The notes under the pieces: generated by a model
The model's input: the letters and a program-made list of their open reading frames with translations, nothing else
Told to the model about the DNA's origin: nothing
Database searches by the model: none
Shown: positions 51,946 to 63,591 of the stretch, piece by piece
How positions within the stretch are numbered: position 1 is the first letter of the stretch
Layout of the letters: every line of letters starts with the position of its first letter
Program-made: the position numbers and the translations under genes
Assembly (NCBI GenBank): GCA_965261735.1
Contig: OZ253470.1
Coordinates: 4,448,001 to 4,512,000, forward strand
Reading direction: 5' to 3'
DNA: 64,000 nucleotides
Origin: Alphaproteobacteria bacterium
GTDB taxonomy: Bacteria > Pseudomonadota > Alphaproteobacteria > SHVV01

Positions 51946-52407
51946 CTACGCCCGATGCCGTCCACGGGGGGCAAGTGGGCCGCCGCTGGCGCTCGGCTCC
52001 ACTGCGTCGCACCCCGCGGCGAATTCGTCCAGAAGCGTCCGGGCACCTGCAACCTCCGCGCCCAGTGCGTGCACCCGGGCACGAAGCCCCGCATCGGAGG
52101 TGTAGACCAAAACCGCTTTGCGGTCTGGAAGTGCATCGACCAGCTCCACGATGCGGTCGTCCGCGCCATTGCGCCGTCGATGCCCGGTATGAACCACGGC
52201 AAGGCACTCGCGCGGCGGCGCCATGCCGGGCGGGCCGGGTCCATCGAACACGATTGTCCATGCGGCTTCGCTGTCGCGCGCCAGTGGAGCGATCTCGGCG
52301 ACAAGCCGCTCCGCGGCCTCGGCACGGTTGCGCCACCAGCCATCCGCACGCGACCCCATCACGTTGTTGCCGTCCACGAACACCGCGGGCTGCTTGGCCT
52401 CGGTCAT
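51946..52407 (-). CDS. NYN/PIN-domain (YacP-like) ribonuclease
   Basis: FVDGNNVMG, IVFDG, ADDRIV, YTSDAGL. Confidence 0.82.
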   Translation of the reverse strand: MTEAKQPAVFVDGNNVMGSRADGWWRNRAEAAERLVAEIAPLARDSEAAWTIVFDGPGPPGMAPPRECLAVVHTGHRRRNGADDRIVELVDALPDRKAVLVYTSDAGLRARVHALGAEVAGARTLLDEFAAGCDAVEPSASGGPLAPRGRHRA

Positions 52408-52429
52408 GCCGCCTTGCCGTTGCCCTCGT

Positions 52430-52662
52430 GTACGGTGCACGACTTCGACCAGCCCTGGAGGAGAGACACGATCCCCGCCCTCGAAATCGCCGACTGCATC
52501 AACGAAACCCGCCCCTGGTCGGGGAAGCCGGTGCAGCCGAACTCGCTGACCGAGTATAACGGCGAGGTCGTGGGGTTCTGCAATAGCGGGTACCGCGACA
52601 CGTTAGAGACGGGGCTCCGCCACTTCGAGAAGGCGAGGGCGTCTCGAAGGGCTCACGAATGA
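52430..52662 (+). pseudogene. YHS-like C-terminal fragment
   Basis: INET.PWSGKPV...SLTEYNG.VVGFCN.G.RD. Confidence 0.5.
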
Positions 52663-53504
52663 CCTGCCGGTCAGCTGAGCGCGGCACGCGGCGGAGCTCG
52701 TCGCGGATCCTTGCCTTCTCGGTCATGCTCCCCGCCCTCACGTTCGCCGGCTCCGCATCCGCCGAGACCTGGCGCGGCCTCACCGTGACGCCCGAGCACC
52801 GCTGTTCGCCCTACGAGAGGAAGCGGGACTACCCCTATTCGCAGTCGGTGGAGCAGGACATCGTCCGGCAACTCGGGGTGATCTACGGTCCCTACACGGG
52901 GAAGTGCTTCTCCTCCACCACTGAGACCGACATCGAGCACATCGTCGCGACGAGCGAGGCACACGACTCGGGACTCTGCGCCGCGGATCGGGCCACACGA
53001 AAGCAGTTCGCCCAGGACCTTCGCAACCTCACGCTCGCCTCCCCGGAGGTGAACCGCCGGCAGAAGAGCGGCAACGACGCCGGTGAATGGGTCCCGGGCA
53101 GGAACCGGTGCTGGTTCGCCGGAAGGGTGCTCCAGGTGAAGCGCGCCTACGGGCTCACCGTGGATCGGCGAGAGGCCGCGGCGCTCGAACGCATCCTTCA
53201 GGGCTGCGCGAGCACCGCGATGGAGCCCATGGTGTGCCGGGCGGCGCCGACACCGGCAGGAGATACCGGACGGGGCGCTGGTGGGGACGACGTGCTCGCT
53301 CGCTACGACAACAACCGGAACGGCAGGATCACGTGCAAGGAGGCGCGCCGGCACGGGATCGCACCCGTCCACCGGTCGCACCCCGCGTACCGGTACATGC
53401 GCGATGGTGACGGGGACGGGGTCGTATGCGGCAGATCCCTCCTCAACGCGCGTTCGGGGGACTCCCGAACTCGCTGCTATTGGTTGGTTGCAAAAGGTAG
53501 CTAA
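52659..53504 (+). CDS. Secreted HNH (DUF1524-like) nuclease with EF-hand/Excalibur Ca-binding tail
   Basis: Signal peptide; DIEHIVA..EAHDSG, NLTLA...NR.QKS, DNNRNGRITC, DGDGDGVVC. Confidence 0.75.
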   Translation: MTCRSAERGTRRSSSRILAFSVMLPALTFAGSASAETWRGLTVTPEHRCSPYERKRDYPYSQSVEQDIVRQLGVIYGPYTGKCFSSTTETDIEHIVATSEAHDSGLCAADRATRKQFAQDLRNLTLASPEVNRRQKSGNDAGEWVPGRNRCWFAGRVLQVKRAYGLTVDRREAAALERILQGCASTAMEPMVCRAAPTPAGDTGRGAGGDDVLARYDNNRNGRITCKEARRHGIAPVHRSHPAYRYMRDGDGDGVVCGRSLLNARSGDSRTRCYWLVAKGS

Positions 53505-56500
53505 CCGAACAGGCCTACGCCTGATGAATCCCCTCGCGCGCGGGTACCTTAATACGGCCGGATGCGAATTGCCTCGGGAGACACGGATGCGCGCGGATGC
53601 GCGCGTCAAATACTGGAACTGTTGCCCAGGCGCTTACGGCCACCGTCGTTCGAGCGCCGGAACACCGCGCTCGTACGTCGAGGATCAGGCGCGCGGCGAC
53701 CGGTGCTGGCCGTTACGCGAAGATACGTGACGCGAAGGATGCGAAGTGAGGTAATCAACGGGCGAGGTGCCCCTGTTTCGGTTGCGCCGGCGCAGCTCGA
53801 GGGCCTGGGGGCTTGGTACAGGAGAGTCGGGGGTATCCCACATGCAGTTTGTGCGGGGAGGTCCAGATGTTTCCGAGCGCCTGTTGCAGGCGCACGAAGA
53901 AGGCCGTGTCGTCTTCTTCTGTGGCGCTGGAATCTCCTATCCGGCTCGCTTGCCAGGATTTGCCGGGCTGGTGGACGAACTTTATTCCCGCTTGGAGATC
54001 ATCCCGGATCCGGTGCAAGCGGCAGCCATCAAATCCAAGCGTTATGACACGGCCGTGGGTTTGCTGGAGGCGAACTTCGTGGGAGGTCGCCAAGCCGTGC
54101 GCCAGAAGATCGCGGAGATCCTCGATCCGGACATTTCTGCCCCCATTGCGACTGCCACGCACGACGCACTGCTGACTCTGGCGGAATGCCGCGAGCGTCG
54201 CACCCGGCTGATCACGACCAACTTCGACCGGCTATTCGAGCATGTCATCGCGAACGGTCGACCTGCTGCGGAACGATTCGAAGCCCCGTTGCTGCCCGTC
54301 CCAAAGCAACGCTGGGATGGATTGGTGTACCTCCACGGCCTGCTTCCTGAAGACCCCGCCGACAACAACCTGGACAATCTGGTGGTCTCAAGCGGCGATT
54401 TCGGCCTTGCCTACCTCACGGAGCGTTGGGCGGCGCGCTTCGTCAGCGAGCTGCTTCGGAACTTCGTCGTGTGCTTTGTCGGCTATAGTATCGACGACCC
54501 CGTTTTGCGCTACATGATGGATGCCTTGGCGGCGGACCGTCTGCTCGGCGAATGGCCGCCCGAAATGTTTGCGTTCGGGAGCTTTTCCAAGCGCGAGGAG
54601 GAGGCGCGTGCGAACGAATGGCGCGCCAAGAACGTCACGCCCATCCTTTATCGGGAACATCGGCGTCACGCCTACCTGCACAGAACCCTCCGCACCTGGG
54701 CCGACACCTACCGCGATGGTGCACGTGGAAAGGAGCGGATCGTCGTCGAATACGCCATGGCGCGCCCGGACACGGCCACCAGTCAGGATGACTTTGTCAG
54801 CCGCATGTTATGGGCCCTGAGCGATTCAAAGGGCCTTCCCGCTATGCGGTTCGCGGACCTGAATCCGGTGCCTGGCCTCGATTGGCTCGAACCGCTCGGT
54901 GAGGACCGTTTCGGGCACGCCGACCTGGTCCGCTTCGGCGTTCCGCCCAAGGCGAGTGCGGACGAGAAACTCGCGTTCAGCCTGATTCGCAGACCCTCAC
55001 CCTACGACTTGGCTCCGCAGATGGCACTCGCGAATTGGGGTGCGCAGGAGGGCCGCCTTGACAGGGTGATGTGGCAGCTGACTCGCTGGTTGAACCGCCA
55101 TCTTGGCAACCCTGCGCTGCTCCTCTGGCTGGTCAAGCAAGGAGGGAAGCTACACGCAGAATTTGCGGACCGGATAGCCTATCGTTTGGATGAGCTGGCC
55201 CGGCTCGAGGATCGCGAATGCGGCGAGGAATTGGACCGCATCCGCAAGGATTCGCCTGACGCGATCCCAGACAAGCGGATGCGCACGCTTTGGGGCCTTG
55301 TGCTAGCTGATCGAGTGAAGAGGCTCGGACCAGACCTCGATCTTCATCGATGGCGGGGCCGCTTCGAGAGAGACGGCCTGACAACGACCTTGCGGCTGGA
55401 ACTGCGTGACTTGCTCAGCCCGCGCGTGTCATTGCGGGCGCCCTTCCGATGGCCCTTTGACGAGGATGAGGATTACGAAGAACAAGGGCGGATGCGACAG
55501 CTCGTTGACTGGGAGATCATGCTCTCGGCAAGCCACGTGCATGGGGATCTGCGCGAGCTGGCGGGTAACGAGAATTGGGCGACCGCCTTGCCGACGCTGC
55601 TCACTGAGTTCACCAGATTGCTTCAGGATGCGCTGGATCTCATGCACGAGCTTGGCGGGGCGGAGGACAAGAGCGATTTGTCATACGTGAGCCAACCATC
55701 AATCGGTGAGCACGCTCAGAATTCGTCTTTCCGAGATTGGACCGCCTTGATCGAGCTGAACCGTGACGCTTGGAGGGCCGCGGCTGCCGTGTCGCCAGAC
55801 CAGGCGCGACTCGTGGCGGGAGCCTGGTCGCTGCTACCCTACCCTCTGTTCCGCCGACTGGCATTTTTTGCAGCCGCGCAGCTCGACATCGTTCCTCGAA
55901 GTCAGGGACTCGGGTGGCTGCTGGCCGACGACAATTGGTGGCTTTGGTCGGTGGAGACCCAGCGAGAAACCATGCGGCTGCTGGTCGCCCTGGCTCCGGA
56001 ACTCGCTGAAGACGAGCTGGCCACACTCGAGGGTGCGATTCTCGCGGGTCCGCCCGCGACATGTACAGGCCCGATATCGAAGAAGAACGCTGGACGCGGA
56101 TGCAGGAAAGCAGTGTCTGGCTGCGGCTGGCCAAGGTCAGCCGGAGCGGGTCGGAACTGAGTGCCGCCGCCCGGGGCCGGCTGGACGAGATTTCGGCCAA
56201 GTACCCGGATTGGCGGCTGGCTGCGAATGAACGCGACGAGTTTCCGACCTGGACCGGCGACCCGGGAGAGTTGCGCGTTCACGTCGCCTCGCCCCGCGAC
56301 CAAAATGGACTAATCCAATGGCTGCGCGACAATCCCGAGCCGGACGATTGGCGGCCCGACGACTGGCACGAGCGCTGCCGCGACGATTTCGATGAGGCTG
56401 CGTCGGCACTGGCTGCATTGGCAGCGGACGGAACATGGCCGAGCGGTCGGTGGCGCGAAGCACTTCAGCGGTGGTCGGAGGACGAGCTGCGGGAACGCTC

Positions 56501-57677
56501 CTGGCGCGTAATGGCTCCGGTATTGGTCGATGTGCCGGGGGAGAAGCTGCAGGAGCTTTCCCATGGGGTGAGCTGGTGGTTGGAGAAGCAGGCCAGGACC
56601 TTCGAAGGACAAGAGGCGACTTTCTTCTCGTTGTGCGATCGCGTGCTGGCGCTCGACTACGAGGTCGAGGAGGAGGAGTGAGGTGGCCCCGGAAAATCGG
56701 ACAGGTTTTTAAGGTGTATTCCGCCGACTGAGGAGGGATACGCGATGAGTAAGAGACGCAGGTTTTCCGGGGAGCTGAAGGCGAAGATCGCGCTTGAGGC
56801 GCTTCGTGGCGACCGGACGCTTCAGGAGATCGCCTCGCAGCACCAGGTTCATCCGAACCAAGTGAGCACATGGAAGCGGCAGGCGATCGATGGTCTTGGC
56901 GAAGTGTTTTCGAACGGGGGCGAGCGCCGCCGTCGGGACCATGAGAGCGAGATCCGTGATCTTCACGCGAAGATCGGCGAGTTGACGGTGGAGCGGGATT
57001 TTTTGTCTCGAGGGTCCGGTCGATGAGCCGGGCCGAGAGGCGAACGATGGTGATACGCGCTCACCCGGCGCTGAGCTTGAGCCGTCAATGCCGTTTGCTG
57101 TCGATCGGACGCTCCTCGCTCTATTACACGCCCAAGGGCGAGAGCCCGGAGACCCTGGCGCTGATGCGGCGCATTGATGAGTTGTTCCTGAAGTATCCGT
57201 TCTACGGCGCCCGTCAGATGGTCCGTCATCTACGCCGCGAGGGCGTGCGCGTCGGTCGTCGCCGGGCCGGTCGTCTGATGCGCCTGATGGGGCTTCAGGC
57301 GATCTATCGGGCGCCGCGCACCAGCGATCCGCATCCCGAGCACCGGGTCTACCCCTATCTGCTCAGAGGCTTGACGATCGAGCGGGCGAACCATGTCTGG
57401 TGCGCCGACATCACCTACATCCCGGTGCGGCGCGGCTTTCTTTACCTGGTGGCGATCATGGTGTCAATTGCGACTGAAAATTTCCCACTTTTGTCGATCG
57501 AAATATTTCTCACTTTGAGCGTTCGGTCGTACCCCCAGACGCGGTGTTTGGGGTGTCGGACTTGGTCGAGCTGTAGGTAACCGGGTTGGCGCAGCGACCG
57601 CCAAGAGTCTGGCGGCGACAACCCGGTTATCCACAGCGGGCGGGTGTCACCGCTCCTGTCTCCGTTTGAGCCGGCGA

Positions 57678-58475
57678 TCACGCGGCGGCTCTTTTCCTGC
57701 GTCGATCCGAGCCGGACTGCAGCAGGTTCTGATGCTCCTTCATCCGGTAGCTGTTGCCCCGGATGTTGACGATGTGGCAGTGGTGCACAAGGCGGTCGAT
57801 GAGAGCCGCCGCCATGACCTCGTCGCCGAGCACGCCACCCCAGTCCTCGAAACCCTTGTTCGACGTCAGCACAGTCGACGCCCTCTCGTGCCGGGCGTTG
57901 ATGAGCTGGAAGAAGAGCACGGCGCCGTCCTGGTTGACCGGCAGGTAGCCGATCTCGTCGACCACCAGCAGGGCCGGATGGGTGAGCACGCGCAGCCGCC
58001 GGGTCAGATTGCCGGCGGCCTTGGCCTCGGTGAGGGACTCGATCAGCGCCGCGAGCGTGCCGTAGTAGACGCGCCGGCCGGCCTCGGCCGCCGCGATCGC
58101 GAGGCTGATCGCCAAGTGCGTTTTCCCGACGCCTGGTGGGCCGAGCAGGATCACGTTCTCGCCGCGGTCCAGGAAGCCGAGCTCGTGCAAGCTCTCGATC
58201 TGCTCGCGCTTGATGCTGGGCTGGAAGGCGAAGTCGAACTGATCGAGCGTCTTCACAGCCGGCAGCCGCGAAGAGCGCATGGCGGTCTGGAGACGGCGGT
58301 TGTTGCGCAGCACGATCTGGGCGTTCAGCAACTGCTCGATGGCCTCGGCCGCCGAGATCGTGCCGCCGTCGGCGTCCGAGAGGATGCCGTCGACGGCCTC
58401 CAGCGCGCCCGGCATCTTGAGGTCCGCCAGCATTGCCCGCAGCCGGTCGCGCCGGGCCGGCGCCGGAGCGTTCAT
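57678..58475 (-). CDS. istB: IS21 helper ATPase IstB
   Basis: GPPGVGKTH, LLVVDEIGY, LTSN, DRLVHH. Confidence 0.95.
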   Translation of the reverse strand: MNAPAPARRDRLRAMLADLKMPGALEAVDGILSDADGGTISAAEAIEQLLNAQIVLRNNRRLQTAMRSSRLPAVKTLDQFDFAFQPSIKREQIESLHELGFLDRGENVILLGPPGVGKTHLAISLAIAAAEAGRRVYYGTLAALIESLTEAKAAGNLTRRLRVLTHPALLVVDEIGYLPVNQDGAVLFFQLINARHERASTVLTSNKGFEDWGGVLGDEVMAAALIDRLVHHCHIVNIRGNSYRMKEHQNLLQSGSDRRRKRAAA

Positions 58476-59494
58476 TGCAGCGCCTCCGCATAGACACTAA
58501 GCGGTCGCTGCTCGACCTTCACGGTTGCCGGCAGTCGCCGCGGCGCGGGCTCCGGAGCATGCCGGACGCCGAGACGTCGATAGGGATGGTTCGCCAAGGG
58601 GAGAAGCACCGCTCGCTCGTCGCGCTCGAAGCGGTCGACAGGACGCTCCCCGGTCGTGGCATGCCGGCGGACGTTGGCTGTGCCCTCCAGCCAGCGCACG
58701 GCCTGCTCGTTGAGATCGTTGTCATTCGCAAACGAGCGGCCGTAGAAGAAGCTCTCGCGGATGTAGCGGATCGGGCGCTCCACTTTGCCCTTGGTCTGGG
58801 CCCGATAGGGTCGGCACGAGCGCGGCATGAACCCCCAGTGCGCGGCGAACCGCAGAAACTCCTCGTTCAGCACCAGGCCGCCGCCGGCCCCGCGGTCGTC
58901 GGACAGCACCACGGCGCGCATCTGGTCGAACAGCAGCTCCTCCGGAACCCCGCCGAACCGGTCGAAGGCGCTCTCCAGACCTTCCATCAGGACCGGCATG
59001 GTCTGCCGAGTATAGAAGTGCAGCCACAGCAGCCGGGAGTAGCCGAGGACGATCACCAGGGCATGGCGCCGGCCCCAGGGCAGCGTGAACGTACCGAAGT
59101 CCACCTGGCCCTGACGCCCCGCCGGCGTCTCGAACCGGACCAGCGATTCAACCGGTTCGCGCGGTCGCGTCGCCCGCACGTAGTCGTTCACGCGAGAGTA
59201 GCAGCCCGGGTAGTCCGCAGCGCGGACCTCATCGAAAAGCCGCTTCGCCGACAGCTTCGGGAACGCCTCAAGACGGGCGTCGATGATCGCCTTGTAGGGG
59301 TCCAGCTTGTGGGCCACCGGCGGACGGGGCGAATACCCTCGCGCACCGGCCGCCAGATCCCGGTCCAGTTGGCCGGTATCGACCCAATTGTGGATCGTCC
59401 GACGGTTCACCCCGAACCGCCTCGACAGCTCCGCCTTCGAGACACCCCGGTCCAGATAGTGCTTCAACAACATCCTGGTCTCCCATTTGTACAT
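58472..59494 (-). CDS. istA: IS21 transposase IstA
   Basis: RFETPAG.Q.QVDFG, LFDQM, TKGKVER. Confidence 0.95.
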   Translation of the reverse strand: MYKWETRMLLKHYLDRGVSKAELSRRFGVNRRTIHNWVDTGQLDRDLAAGARGYSPRPPVAHKLDPYKAIIDARLEAFPKLSAKRLFDEVRAADYPGCYSRVNDYVRATRPREPVESLVRFETPAGRQGQVDFGTFTLPWGRRHALVIVLGYSRLLWLHFYTRQTMPVLMEGLESAFDRFGGVPEELLFDQMRAVVLSDDRGAGGGLVLNEEFLRFAAHWGFMPRSCRPYRAQTKGKVERPIRYIRESFFYGRSFANDNDLNEQAVRWLEGTANVRRHATTGERPVDRFERDERAVLLPLANHPYRRLGVRHAPEPAPRRLPATVKVEQRPLSVYAEALQ

Positions 59495-61514
59495 CCGCGC
59501 ACCGATCCCGCTCTGTTGGCAAAGCCAACAGAGCGGCCCGGGACGCCTTCAGCGACAAGCCCAAAGTGAGAAATTTTGGGTCGTTACAAATGGGAAATTT
59601 ACGGTCGCTACCAACACATGGACTGGGCCAACCGGCATGTGCTGGCTTGGCGTCTGTCGAACACCCTGGATGCGGGCTTCTGCACAGACGCGCTCGACGA
59701 GGCGCTGGCCCGCCATGGCACGCCGGAGATCTTCAATACCGACCAGGGCAGCCAGTTCACCGGCTTCGCCTTCACCGGGCGCTTGCGGGAGACCGGCATC
59801 CGGATCTCGATGGACGGCAGGGGCCGGTGCCTGGACAACATCTTCATTGAGCGGCTGTGGCGCTCGCTCAAATACGAGGCCGTCTATCTGCGCGAGCTCG
59901 CCGACGGCTTCGAGGCCCGGCGCGTCATCGGCGAGTGGATCGACTTCTACAACACCGAGAGGCCGCACTCGGCGCTCGGGGGGGAAACGCCGGCCGAGGC
60001 CTACCGCGGCGCCCCGCCTGTGGATATGATGGACAAGCCGCTACGCGCCTTGCCCACATCCCCACAGGCGCAACAACAACGGCAAGGAGATCGATGCAAA
60101 GGGATTCTGGCGGCATGAACGACAACTGGAATACACCTTAATCAAGCCGCCAAGCTGTCCGACAAACCGAGGCCACCTCAGAGGACGATTTCGTCGGCCG
60201 TGCGATCAACCATCCCGTGGGACATGTTACGGAGGGGCTGATTCACTGGTGGTACCGAAGCGACCTTGAGGACCGACGAGGTCTGGCAGACGAGCCAAGG
60301 CGCGTGTTTACCCAGCTCTGTGACACGGGGGTTCCGAAGTTCCGCCATAGCCGCGTGTTGCTGGCAACTCACGCGATTTCGTTGTTCCGAGTAGACCGCG
60401 AATGGACGGTCCGATTCTTGCTTCCACTCTTCGAGTGGGAAAACTCCGAGGTGGAAGCACGCTCGGCATGGGAAGGGTTCCTTTGGTCGCCGAGGCTCTA
60501 TCCACCCTTGATGGAGTTGCTCAAGCCGGCGTTCCTGAATACGGCAAACCACTACGGTCAGCTTGGCCGACACCGTGAACAGTACGCGTCATTGCTGACG
60601 TTCGCCGGGCTCGATCCAGGAGACATCCTCGGAAAGCGCGAATTGGCACTCGCCATGCGAGCGCTGCCCCAGGACGCGCTTGACCATGCGGCTGAGACAT
60701 TCTTCCGCGCCGTCGACAGTGCCGGCGATCAGAGAGCCGACTACTGGAGGAACAGGGGGGCGCCCTACGTGAGGGCGATCTGGCCAAACACGCCTGATGC
60801 TATTTCTGAATCGGTTTCGGAGAGCTTCGCCGAAGCGTGCATTGCGGCGGGGGATGGGTTTCCCGAGGCATTAGCACAAGTCTCGTCTTGGCTGCGGCCG
60901 CTGCAGTACCCGGATCGAATTGCGCATTCCGTTCATAAAGCGCAATTGGATGCGCGGCTACCGGAGTCAGCACTGGAGCTTCTGAACCGAGTCGTTGGCG
61001 ACGCGGCTCGAGGGTACTTCCCCGATCTGGCAAGGTGCCTAAGTGCCGTACGGGCCGCCCAGCCTGACCTCGAACATGACGATCGTTTTCAGAGACTGCT
61101 GGAAATCGTGCGAGCGAATGGCGGGGATCTGGACTGAACGGTTTCCGCATTGCGGACCGATCCCTGCTGACGCTGCCAAACCCGGCACAATCTGCCCGTT
61201 GCGGTTTGCGGCGGCTGCGCCCCCTCTGAACGAACTGCGCCGGACTCCGGGACGACGCCGATCGGGACCGCCTCGTGAACCGGGGCGCCCGAAATGCTGT
61301 GGGAATCCCGGGCATTCGAACAAGCGGCGCCTGCAGGCGGCAGACAGCTGGCATTGGGGCGCTCACGATCGAGCGACGCTGGTGGCACTTCACGAACCCG
61401 TTCCGCGAGGGTTGCGGCTTCGCAGCGCGAGTCGAAGCGCCGCCACGAGACGTCGCCGACCGCAATTCGGTCCTGTCGCTCGACCACGTCGACCGTGGCA
61501 TCCGATACGTCCCG

Positions 61515-61775
61515 GCCGCGGGATAGCCAAAGGGGAAATCAAATCCGACAAGCACACGCCGGCCTGCGTCGAGTTCGTCCGCGATCAAGCGGACGAGGCA
61601 CCGCAGAGCGTCGTCGCGGGTACGCGCATACTTGGGTTTGAGTACCCGACGCGCTGCCGCCGTCGACGCGGGCGACAGCCCACCAAATTGCGTCCTTGGT
61701 GGGCTTCGCAGGACTCGGCTTAGACCGCGCCGACCAGTCGACGATGATGTGGGTGTCGAAGAGAGGTCGCCCCTT
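61515..61775 (-). pseudogene. RNase H-like (DUF429-type) protein 5' fragment
   Basis: FDTHIIVDWSARSKP...DAIW and RVLVGFDFPFGYP in different frames. Confidence 0.5.
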
Positions 61776-62264
61776 CGTACTCAGGCTTCTCCAGTTCGCC
61801 CTGGGCTTCGTCCTTGACCGCCGCCGCTGGAAACATGACCGCCCCATGTCCCGCGCCGCCTTCGAGGCGCGCTTTCCCGATGATTTTTCCGGATTGCTCT
61901 CAGAATATCAATTCGTTCTTGAATAGAACAGCCTGATACCCGGCGCGGGGTAGCTCCCCGAGCCAACGGCCCGGCCGCTGCAGACTTTGCTGGGTTTCCT
62001 CCAGCTTTTCCGCAGATAGGACAGAGGCTCACCATGTGATCCGCTCGCTCTCCGGAACCTTGACGCCGAGCGCGATCCGCCTTTCGCTTGGCCAGCCGTA
62101 CACCCCAATCATGTACTCGTAGACACCCTTGCCAACCCGCTTGGATGGGCTGGGTCCGGGGCCTAGCGCCTTGACCATGCGCACGAAGCTGTCGCCCATC
62201 TGGCGGCGCGGCTTCTGCTTGTGCCGTCTGTGACCATCAAAAGGGCAACCGAAAAGCCGTCCTC

Positions 62265-62879
62265 GCTGGCCTTTCACGGCATGGGCGGCCCATCCAATAC
62301 GCGCACGTTCCGGCACCGCTGGCCTTGTGGGATGTCTGGACGAGCCTAGCCGCCAACCCGGTTGCGTTCGAGCCGCCATCAGCCGGATTTGCCCTCGACT
62401 GGCGTATGGTAGCGGCATGGCGACGGCGCGGCATCAACCTTGCCACGCTCACGCATGCGGCCGGAATCTCGTCGACCGGAGATCCGATGCTCGACCTGCG
62501 GCTGCCTTTCGACGAACCGTATGTCATTTCAGAGAGGACAGCAGCGGTCATCAACCAGGCGAAGGCTGACGGTGCGCGCATCATCGCGATCGGCACCACA
62601 GTGGTGCGCGCGCTTGAGTCCGCGGCGAATGCCGACGGCCTCGTGCGGGCTGGGGACGGGTTTGCGCGTAACCGCATCGGGTGCGAGACCCGGCTGTGCC
62701 TCGTCGGTGCAATCCTCACCGGCATACACCAGCCTGGCGAGAGCCACTTCGAGCTCCTACGGGCCTTCGCCGACGAGCCGATGTTGAACCGGATCACAGC
62801 GGCCGCAGTTGATCGCGGCTACCGTGCGCACGAGTTTGGTGACTCCATGCTGATCGAACGCCCCTGCCCGAAAGGCTAG
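62265..62879 (+). pseudogene. queA: QueA-like SAM:tRNA ribosyltransferase-isomerase, 5'-truncated
   Basis: GRPIQY.H, EPPSAG, IAIGTTVVRALES, HEFGDSMLI. Confidence 0.8.
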
Positions 62880-62904
62880 CTGAGGAATGGACTGACCCCC
62901 GAAG

Positions 62905-63090
62905 CTTGTCGATGGTCCGCTTGTGGCTAAGAGGCGAAGTCCGGACCAAGCCACTGGTAGGACCGATCTACCCGTGAAAGCCGACCTTCGAGCGGCAACG
63001 TCTGCTTTTCAACCCGTTCCTTCCGCTTCACCCCAAGGAGCGGACCTGACTGGCGGTGCCGACATAGGCCCGGTTTTGACCCAAAGCCGA
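62905..63090. repeat. Cluster of degenerate REP-like short palindromes
   Basis: TCCGCT..AGCGGA hairpin at ~63023-63044 plus variants GTCCGCTT, GTCTGCTT, CCGGTTTTGACCCAAAGCCG. Confidence 0.4.
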
Positions 63091-63109
63091 GATTGGAGGA
63101 AGCCCAAAA

Positions 63110-63480
63110 CTTAGCGACTTGCGCGGTGGCACATGAGGCCTTGGGATCGATCATGGGGGGTGGCGAGAAAACGCTAATCAGCGGCGCTTTACCGTCATAG
63201 CTTTCGATGTCCACCAGCGCCGTCAGCGCGCTCGGGCCCTGCGCGAGTTTTGAAGTCCCCTTGTCTAGGGTGAGGACATTGGCGTTGCCGTGACGCTCAA
63301 GACTGCCCATCGTGCCGAGTTCGACCGGATCATACCAAGCTTCGTTCGAAAGTTGGACGACGCCCGGGCACACGCCCTCTGTCACCACCGCGCCCGCGGG
63401 ACAGGCGTCTCGATCGTTGAAGACACGCACGATGTCTCCGTCATGGATATGGCGCAGTGCGGCATCGGCGGGGTTGATCC
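63110..63480 (-). pseudogene. Molybdopterin oxidoreductase (BisC/TorA-like) C-terminal fragment
   Basis: INPADAA.R.I.DGD.VRVFNDR, EAWYDP, HGNANVLTLDKGTSKLAQG. Confidence 0.82.
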
Positions 63481-63591
63481 ATCGTCGACATAGCAGTTAA
63501 AAAAAGGCGGGAGGCGAGCGAACATCGGGCCTTCCATGTTTGCTTCAGTCAATCTACATCGCCTCGCGCCGGCACGCGATCAAGCGCTTCG

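Larger units (their letters stand above)
57462..59616 (-). mobile_element. Complete IS21-family element nested in IS3 orfB
   Basis: TGT...ACA IRs containing AAATTTCCCA; 5-bp duplication CATGG at 57457-57461 and 59617-59621. Confidence 0.95.
56679..60180 (+). mobile_element. IS3-family element (orfA 56745-57026; orfB 57023-60118 split by IS21)
   Basis: IRs TGAGGTGGCC..TCGGACAG; 3-bp duplication GAG; WCADITY, NTDQGSQFT, DNIFIERLW. Confidence 0.95.
53842..61137 (+). pseudogene. dsr1: Anti-phage sirtuin Dsr1-like SIR2 protein, frameshifted (~56054) and split by IS3
   Basis: MQFVRGGPDV..HEEGRVVFFCGAGIS, TTNFD, YLHG, FVGYS; rejoined frame ~1263 aa (EEEE|DDFVGRAINHPVG). Confidence 0.85.
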
